The notes under the pieces: generated by a model
Databases searched by the model: none
What the model saw: the letters and a program-made list of their open reading frames with translations, nothing else
What the model was told of the DNA's origin: nothing
Part shown: positions 57,764-64,000 of the stretch, one piece after another
Position numbering within the stretch: position 1 is the first letter of the stretch
Layout of the letters: each line of letters begins with the position of its first letter
DNA from: Planctomycetota bacterium
GTDB taxonomy: Bacteria; Planctomycetota; UBA1135; UBA2386
Direction of reading: 5' to 3'
Assembly (NCBI GenBank): GCA_046290465.1
Contig: JBKAGP010000001.1
Location: 2,592,001-2,656,000, forward strand
DNA length: 64,000 nt
Translations under genes and position numbers: made by a program

Positions 57764-60700
57764 ATGTCTCGCGCCCGCTCTCCCGGCGACGATCCCGTGA
57801 TTCGCGAAGCCGCCGATGGCACCGCGAACCGGCTCGTGATCCGGACCGACGCAGCGGTCGAGTCGGACGGCGACGCGCCCGACGACGAAGCACTGGACGG
57901 CGTCGACGCGCTGCACCTGCAAGGCGACGACGTCTTCGGCAGCGAACGCGCCCGGCAGCTGCTCGATCACGCGCGCGGCAGCGACCTGTCGGTCTCGATC
58001 GACAGCGCGCGCGTGCCCGACCCCGACGTGGCAATCGAGGCGCTCTGCGACGTGGCCGTGGCGTCGCTGCTGGCCGAGGTCACCGACGCTGCCCCCCAAC
58101 CGATCGAACGCATCGCGGCGATCGCGGCGGCGACCGGCGCCGTGGGGCAGATCCGCTTCGTGCTGACCCCAAACGGCTGGTTCGAGCTCGAGGACGCAGC
58201 GCGGCTCGCCGCCAGCAAGGGCCTGCGGGCGGAGCTGAGCCTCGCGGATCACCGCGACGACGTGCCGCTGGAACCGATCAGCCCCGAAGCGGCCTCGTTC
58301 CTGCGCGACGCGATCGTCGACTGCTGGCCGCGCCTGAGCGGCAACGCGCGCCCGGACAGCCTCGACGAAGGCGGCTTCGAGCAGCTGACCCACGATCTGC
58401 GGGCGTTGGTCGGCCGCAGCCTCGAAGCCGCGGCCGAGACACCGGAGGCGCCGACCGGACCGATCGCGCTGCCGCCGCTGGCGCACGGCTGGAACACCGA
58501 CCCCGAGCGCCGCGGGCCCTGGCACGCGCGGCTGTTCGTGCGCAGCCTGACCGCGACCGTCGGCGACTGGGTCGACGAGGTCGCGACCCCCGACAGCGTG
58601 CGCGAGCTGGTCTGGCTGCGCGCGCTGGTGCAGCGCATCGCGTTCGACCACGAGCCGCAGCAGCTGCTCGACCTGCTCGGCCGCGTCTACAAGAAGTCCA
58701 AGGACCACCAGGAACTGCACGCGCAGGACGCGGACTACGCGGAGTCGTTCGAGTTGGCGCGGTTCGGTGGCCCGTGGTTCGACCGCATCGGCCTCGGCGC
58801 GCGCCAGCGGCGCGCGCGGCCGTTCCAGGTGCGCGAACCGTCGCCGGTCTCGGACGCGCCGGCCGACACCACGGTGCTGATCCCGTCGTATCGCCACCAG
58901 AAGTTCATCAAGGAGACCATCGCCAGCGTGCTGGCGCAGCAGGACGCCGCCTTCCGGGTGCTGGTCGCCGACGACCGCTCCCCCGACGACACGGCCGAGG
59001 TCGCGCGTTCGGTCGACGATCCGCGGGTGACGGTCACCGTCAACGACGACAACGTCGGCCTCGGCAACTCGGTGCTGCAGGCGCTCGAGCACGTCGACAC
59101 CCCCTACGTCGCCCTGCTCAACAGCGACGACCTGCTGCACCCCGAACACCTCGCGACCTGCCGCGCCGTGCTCGAAGCCGACGCAGAGGCGCAGCTGGTC
59201 TGCACCGACCTGCAGCCGATCGACAGCCTCGGCCGCTCCCTGCGCCCGGACAACGTCAGCCTGGTGCGCGACGGCAGCCGCACCCGCCACTGGATCGAGT
59301 GGTTCGAAGCGCAGGCGCCGAGCGACGACCTCGCGCCGGCCGACTACTTCGGCGAACTGCTCGAGCGCAACTACCTGATCACCAGCAGCAACCTGTTCGC
59401 GCGCACCGACTGGCTGCGGGCGCAGGCCGGCTCGCTGCAGAGCCTCAAGTACTGCCTCGACTGGCGCCTGTTCCTGCAGGCCGCCGCCGAGTCGACCCTC
59501 CGGCACGTGCACCGGCCGCTGATCGGCTACCGCCTGCACGCGTCGAACACGGTCTGGTTCGACGCCGAACGGCGCTACACCTACTACCTCGAGGTCAACC
59601 GCGTCGCCGCCGAGGCCTTGCGCGAGTTCTCGGATCGACACCCCGACCGCGAGCAGGCCGTCGAGCGGGTCGTGCGCGCGGTCGCCAACCACGTCATCCA
59701 GAACGGCGAGACCGACGGCTACGCGCTGTTCCTCAACGCGGCGCTCGACACGCTGGTGCTCGAACGGGAGGCGAACGACTCGCCGGAGACGATGCGGCTG
59801 CTGCGCGTGCTCAGCGACGCCGCCGACGCCCGCCGCCTGCAGCAGGCACCGCCGCCGGTGCCGACCAACGTCTACCTCGAACTCGACCACCTGCGCAGCC
59901 TGCTCAACTCCGAGTCGGGCAAGCGCACCTGGCTCGAGTCCCAGGCCGAGTCGCACGAGCAGCGGATCGCCGAACTCGACCGCATCAACAAGGAGATCTG
60001 GGAGACCAAGCAGCGACTCGAGCGCGACCTCAAATCGCTGCAGCAGTCGAAGGAGCAGCTGCGCCGTGAATCGGAGCAGCAGCTCGGCCGCGCGCAGCAG
60101 CAGGCCGAGAAGGCGCGCACCCAGGCCGCCGAACAGCTCGAGAAGGTCCGCGCGCAGCTGCACAAGGATCTCGACTGGCAGCGCGGGGAAACCCAGAAGG
60201 TGCAGGGCATCCTCGAGAACACGCGCGACTACGTCGAGACGCTCAAGCAACAGGTCGAGCGGCTCAAGCAGAGCGTGCAGGAGCTGCAGGATCGCAACCA
60301 GAGCGCGCAGCAGGCCCACGAGGCCACCAGGCAGCAACTCGACGAGCGCCGGCAGGAACTCGCAGACGCGATCGCATCGCTCGAGCAGAGCCGCGGCGAA
60401 CTCGACACGACCCGCGGCGAACTCGACACGACCCGCGGCGAACTCGACACGGCCCGCGGCGAACTCGACACGACCCGCGGCGAACTCGACACGACCCGCG
60501 GCGAACTCGACACGACCCGCGCAGACCTCGACCGCACCGTCCAGGATCGCGACCGCCAGACGGCGCGTGCCGAGCAGCTGGAACGCGACCTCGACGAGCG
60601 CAACCGGCAACACGAGGACCTGCGCCAGACGCTCGCCGAGCGCACGATGGAGTTCCAGCGCAACGAGGCGGCGATCGACCGGCTGCTGCGCAGCCGCGAG

Positions 60701-62110
60701 CACCGCATCGGCGACTTCGTCTGGAACAAGCTCCCGTTCGCGTGGACCAGCGGCAAGCTGCGCGCCCTGAACCGCAAGTTCCACGACGCGCGCGCGCGCC
60801 GCGCGCTGCAGCGCGACGTGTGGCGGCCGGAGCACGGCGCGCTCGGCCGCGCCGTGGTCGCGTCGACGTTCTCGTGGCCGATCCGCAGCCACACATTCGT
60901 CTACCAGGAGGTCGCCGGCCTGATCGAGGCGGGACTCGACGTGCGCTTCCTGCACTACACGCACGAGCCGGACTCGCCGCTGCACGCGGCGTTCGCCCAC
61001 CTGGACGACCGCACGGTGCGGCTGCGCGACCTTCGCTCGATCGCTCGCAAGGACGCCGAGTGGTTCGAACGGACCCGGCCGCAGCGCTACCGCGCCTTCC
61101 TGGAACGGATCTCGAAGGAGACCGCGCGACCGGTGCCCGAACTGCTGCAGCAGATCGAGGTGCTGCGCGCGTTCACCTTCGCGCGCTACACGGAGCTCGC
61201 CGGCGCCCGCTACGTGCACAGCTACTTCTGCTACGACATGTCGTTCATGGCGATGGCGGCGGCGTGGCTGCTGGACCTGCCGCGCGGGCTGACCTGCTAC
61301 GCCGACCACATGCTGCGCGACGACCCGTACAAGCTGGTGCCGCTGCACCTCGAGCAGTGCGCCATCGTCGTCGCGACCAGCGAGCGGGTGCGCGACGAAC
61401 TGTCGCAGCTGTCCGGCGGCCGCTTCGACGACAAGATCCTGGTCAAGCCCAACGGCGTCGACGGCGACCGCTTCCGGCCCGTCGAGACACCGGCGCCGGC
61501 ACCGGCACCGGGCGCGCCGCTGGAGCTGCTGTCGATCTCCCGCATCGAGCCGAAGAAGGGCCTGACCGTGCTGGTCGAGGCGATCGCGGTGCTGCGCGAG
61601 CAGGGCCACGACGTGCGCGTGCACGTCGTCGGGGGCGAGGACCCCAACACCCCGGGCAGCGTGCCGTTCGCGCGGCGGTTCCGCGAGCGCATCGCAGCGC
61701 GCGGCCTCGGCGACCGGTTCGAGCTGCACGGCCCGATGGCGCAAGAACAGCTGGCGCCGCTGTTCGCCCGCTGCCACGCGTTCGTCGCCCCGTACGTCGA
61801 GGCCGAGACCGGTGACAAGGACGGCATCCCGACCGCGATCCTCGAGGCGATGGCGTCGGGAATGCCGATCGTTGCGACCGACAGCGGTTCGATCTGCGAG
61901 GTGTTCGACGACGGCACCGAGGGCCTGATCGTGCCGCAGCGCGACGCCGCCGCGTTCGCCGCCGCGATCGCCGCGGTCGCCGGCGACGACGCGCGGCGCC
62001 GCGCATTCGGCGTGGCGGCGCGCGCCCGCTTCGAGCGCTGCTTCGACGTGCGCGTCACCGAGAAGCCCCTGCACGAACGGATCCGCGCCGTGCTGACCGA
62101 TCGCGACTGA
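57764..62110 (+). CDS. Multidomain glycosyltransferase: unknown N-terminal domain, GT2, long coiled coil, GT4 (WcaL-like)
   Basis: VLIPSY, DDRSPD, LNSDD, LDW (GT2); about 250-aa coiled coil; HTFVYQE, RIEPKKG, GDKDGIPTAILEAM (GT4). Confidence 0.92.
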   Translation: MSRARSPGDDPVIREAADGTANRLVIRTDAAVESDGDAPDDEALDGVDALHLQGDDVFGSERARQLLDHARGSDLSVSIDSARVPDPDVAIEALCDVAVASLLAEVTDAAPQPIERIAAIAAATGAVGQIRFVLTPNGWFELEDAARLAASKGLRAELSLADHRDDVPLEPISPEAASFLRDAIVDCWPRLSGNARPDSLDEGGFEQLTHDLRALVGRSLEAAAETPEAPTGPIALPPLAHGWNTDPERRGPWHARLFVRSLTATVGDWVDEVATPDSVRELVWLRALVQRIAFDHEPQQLLDLLGRVYKKSKDHQELHAQDADYAESFELARFGGPWFDRIGLGARQRRARPFQVREPSPVSDAPADTTVLIPSYRHQKFIKETIASVLAQQDAAFRVLVADDRSPDDTAEVARSVDDPRVTVTVNDDNVGLGNSVLQALEHVDTPYVALLNSDDLLHPEHLATCRAVLEADAEAQLVCTDLQPIDSLGRSLRPDNVSLVRDGSRTRHWIEWFEAQAPSDDLAPADYFGELLERNYLITSSNLFARTDWLRAQAGSLQSLKYCLDWRLFLQAAAESTLRHVHRPLIGYRLHASNTVWFDAERRYTYYLEVNRVAAEALREFSDRHPDREQAVERVVRAVANHVIQNGETDGYALFLNAALDTLVLEREANDSPETMRLLRVLSDAADARRLQQAPPPVPTNVYLELDHLRSLLNSESGKRTWLESQAESHEQRIAELDRINKEIWETKQRLERDLKSLQQSKEQLRRESEQQLGRAQQQAEKARTQAAEQLEKVRAQLHKDLDWQRGETQKVQGILENTRDYVETLKQQVERLKQSVQELQDRNQSAQQAHEATRQQLDERRQELADAIASLEQSRGELDTTRGELDTTRGELDTARGELDTTRGELDTTRGELDTTRADLDRTVQDRDRQTARAEQLERDLDERNRQHEDLRQTLAERTMEFQRNEAAIDRLLRSREHRIGDFVWNKLPFAWTSGKLRALNRKFHDARARRALQRDVWRPEHGALGRAVVASTFSWPIRSHTFVYQEVAGLIEAGLDVRFLHYTHEPDSPLHAAFAHLDDRTVRLRDLRSIARKDAEWFERTRPQRYRAFLERISKETARPVPELLQQIEVLRAFTFARYTELAGARYVHSYFCYDMSFMAMAAAWLLDLPRGLTCYADHMLRDDPYKLVPLHLEQCAIVVATSERVRDELSQLSGGRFDDKILVKPNGVDGDRFRPVETPAPAPAPGAPLELLSISRIEPKKGLTVLVEAIAVLREQGHDVRVHVVGGEDPNTPGSVPFARRFRERIAARGLGDRFELHGPMAQEQLAPLFARCHAFVAPYVEAETGDKDGIPTAILEAMASGMPIVATDSGSICEVFDDGTEGLIVPQRDAAAFAAAIAAVAGDDARRRAFGVAARARFERCFDVRVTEKPLHERIRAVLTDRD
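60392..60517 (+). repeat. 21-bp tandem repeat x6 encoding the heptad RGELDTT
   Basis: CGCGGCGAACTCGACACGACC x6, one copy with an A>G change. Confidence 0.95.
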
Positions 62111-62111
62111 C

Positions 62112-63386
62112 ATGCGCCTGCTCTACGTCATCCACCAGTTCTTTCCGGACTGCCACTCGGGCACCGAGCAGCACTGCCTCGCCGCCGCGCGCGAGGCGCA
62201 GCGACGCGGACACGACGTGACGGTGCTGTCGCTGCACTGGGACCACGAGCGCTCGCATCCGCCGATCCTGCTGTTCGACCAGCCGATCGAGGGCCTGCGC
62301 GTGATCCGGCTCAACCACTGGCGCGGCGTCAACCCCAACGACGTGCGTCGCGACTACGAGAACCTGCACCTGGAGGGCTGGTTCCAGCGTGTGCTCGACG
62401 ACGTGCGGCCGGACCTGGTGCACAGCTTCCACCTGCGCCAGCTCGGCTCCAACCTGCTACGCGTCTGCAAGCGCAACGGCCTGCGCGTCGCGGTGACGCT
62501 GACCGACTTCTGGTTCTTGTGCCCGCGGTTCACGCTGCTGCGCCCCGACGGCGCCGTCTGCGAGGGCCCGCCCGACGGCGGCCGCGGCTGCGTGTCGTGC
62601 GAGCATCCCGAGCTGCAGGGCGTCGAACTGCAGCCGGACGAACCGCCGCTGGCCGGGACGCCGTCGTCACGGCTGCGCGCGTTGCTCGACCGCAAGCAGA
62701 TCCAGTTCGACAACCTGGCGCTCGCCGACAAGGTGTTCGCGCCGTCGCGGTTCCTCGCCGACATGTTCGCTCGCAACGGCCTCGAGCACGGCGGCTTCGA
62801 GACGGTGCCGTACGGCCTCGAGCCGGGCCGCATCGAACGGCGCCAGGTCCAGCGGCCACGCGAGCCACTGCGGCTCGGATTCTGCGGCGTGCTGTCGCCG
62901 TGGAAGGGCGCCCACCTCCTGGTCGAAGCGGTCAAGGGCAGCGCGGCGAACGTGCAGCTGACGATCTGGGGCCGCACCGAGGAGCCGATGTTCCAGGCCT
63001 ACATCGACCCGCTGATGGCCGGCGCCGCCGGCGACCCCCGCATCACGTTCGCGGGTGCCTATGGCGAACAGCAGGCCAACGACGTGTTCGCGGACATGGA
63101 CGTGCTGGTGGTCCCGAGCACGTGGTACGAGAACACCCCGTTCGTCATGCTGGAGGCGTTCGCCGCCGGCGTGCCGGTGATCGCGAGCGACCTCGGCGGC
63201 CTGGCCGAGATCGTCGAACCGGACCGCAACGGCCGCACGTTCCGCTCGGGCGACGTCGCGTCACTGCGCGCTCAGATCGAGCACGTCGCCGCGACCAACG
63301 GCTGGTTCGACGCGCTCGACGTGCGCCCGCTGCACGGCATCGCCGAGTGTTTCGACCGCTACGAGGCCGGCTACCACGCCGGTTGA
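62112..63386 (+). CDS. Glycosyltransferase family 4, paralog of 48766-50100
   Basis: HQFFP..SGTE, HSFHLR, DFWFLCPR, PWKG, VPSTWYENTPFVMLEA. Confidence 0.9.
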   Translation: MRLLYVIHQFFPDCHSGTEQHCLAAAREAQRRGHDVTVLSLHWDHERSHPPILLFDQPIEGLRVIRLNHWRGVNPNDVRRDYENLHLEGWFQRVLDDVRPDLVHSFHLRQLGSNLLRVCKRNGLRVAVTLTDFWFLCPRFTLLRPDGAVCEGPPDGGRGCVSCEHPELQGVELQPDEPPLAGTPSSRLRALLDRKQIQFDNLALADKVFAPSRFLADMFARNGLEHGGFETVPYGLEPGRIERRQVQRPREPLRLGFCGVLSPWKGAHLLVEAVKGSAANVQLTIWGRTEEPMFQAYIDPLMAGAAGDPRITFAGAYGEQQANDVFADMDVLVVPSTWYENTPFVMLEAFAAGVPVIASDLGGLAEIVEPDRNGRTFRSGDVASLRAQIEHVAATNGWFDALDVRPLHGIAECFDRYEAGYHAG

Positions 63387-63453
63387 AGGCGAACCACCGG
63401 CTGGCGGAATCACCGGCTGGCAGAACACCGGAGCGGGCAGCTCCCGGGACGGC

Positions 63454-63999
63454 TCAGGCCTTGCGGCCGGCCGCGCCCAGCGTGACCACGTTGAGCAGGC
63501 CCTTGCCGAAGCGGTAGGCCTTGCTCGCCTTCAGCTCCTGCTCGCGCCGCTTGCTGGTCTCGAGCTCGGCGTTGAGGCGCGCGACCTTGGCGCGCAGCTC
63601 CTCGACGTCATCGTCCGCCGCCACCGGCTTCGAGGCCAGCCGCGCGATGCGGTCGCGCTGGCTCTCGGCGGCGATCGGGTTGCCGTCGAGGAAGCTCTGG
63701 TAGACGTCGATGCTCTGCTGCGCGATCTTGACGTCGGTCAGGCGCTTCTCGACCGCGGCGCGCGCGTTGCGGCCGCACTTCTCGGCCAGCGCGTCGTCCT
63801 CGATCATCTCCTTGAGCACCTGCACGAACGAGTCGGGGTCGCCGTTCTTGGCCAGCAGGCCGGTCTCGCGGTCCTGGATCAGCTCCGGCATGCCGCCGCA
63901 GTCCGACGACACGATCGCGCGACCGGCGGTCATCGCCTCGATGCAGCTGTAGGGGCAGTTCTCCCACAGGCTCGGGATCAGGAAGATGTGCGCCGCCTT
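63454..63999 (-). CDS. 3' part of a GT4 glycosyltransferase (runs off the window)
   Basis: IFLIPSLWENCPYSCIEAMTAG...GGMPELI; C-terminal coil and ASKAYRFGKGLL helix. Confidence 0.85.
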   Translation of the reverse strand, partial: KAAHIFLIPSLWENCPYSCIEAMTAGRAIVSSDCGGMPELIQDRETGLLAKNGDPDSFVQVLKEMIEDDALAEKCGRNARAAVEKRLTDVKIAQQSIDVYQSFLDGNPIAAESQRDRIARLASKPVAADDDVEELRAKVARLNAELETSKRREQELKASKAYRFGKGLLNVVTLGAAGRKA

Positions 64000-64000
64000 G

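Noticed and set aside
57641..62113. Upstream part of the 1936-aa minus-strand ORF 56303-62113
   Set aside because: Only the last 445 aa (from 57640) are a GT4; the rest is antisense to the 1448-aa GT

Overview
High-GC bacterial DNA, probably Planctomycetota (inferred from the many FHA/Ser-Thr kinase proteins and the secreted proteins sharing a Cys-containing C-terminal domain). I can support about 40 CDS, and I see no rRNA, tRNA, CRISPR array or transposase. The main result is a 19-kb locus (20185-39215) of nine genes that I do not recognise as a characterised system. It encodes a TrxB-like flavoprotein fused to two FHA domains and a [2Fe-2S] ferredoxin, a 2x cNMP-binding/4x[4Fe-4S] protein, a ferric-reductase-like di-heme-b membrane protein, and three multiheme c cytochromes (15, 17 and 10 CxxCH; one has an N-terminal FHA-fold domain, one has an LVIVD propeller). 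It also encodes an outer-membrane barrel, a double GlcG/HbpS lipoprotein and a double-FHA adaptor. Together these look like a signal-controlled electron conduit from NAD(P)H to the cell surface. Other notable items: (1) three copies of an 80-100 bp REPIN-like palindrome (two GTAG-ended, one GTTG variant) that supplies stop codons to three genes; (2) methylmalonyl-CoA mutase and meaB; (3) a LysR-hglS-D-2-hydroxyglutarate dehydrogenase module; (4) a glycosyltransferase/sulfotransferase locus, with one sulfotransferase broken by a single in-frame TAG and a 1448-aa GT carrying a tandem-repeat-encoded coiled coil. All calls come from motif reading by eye; no database searches were run.
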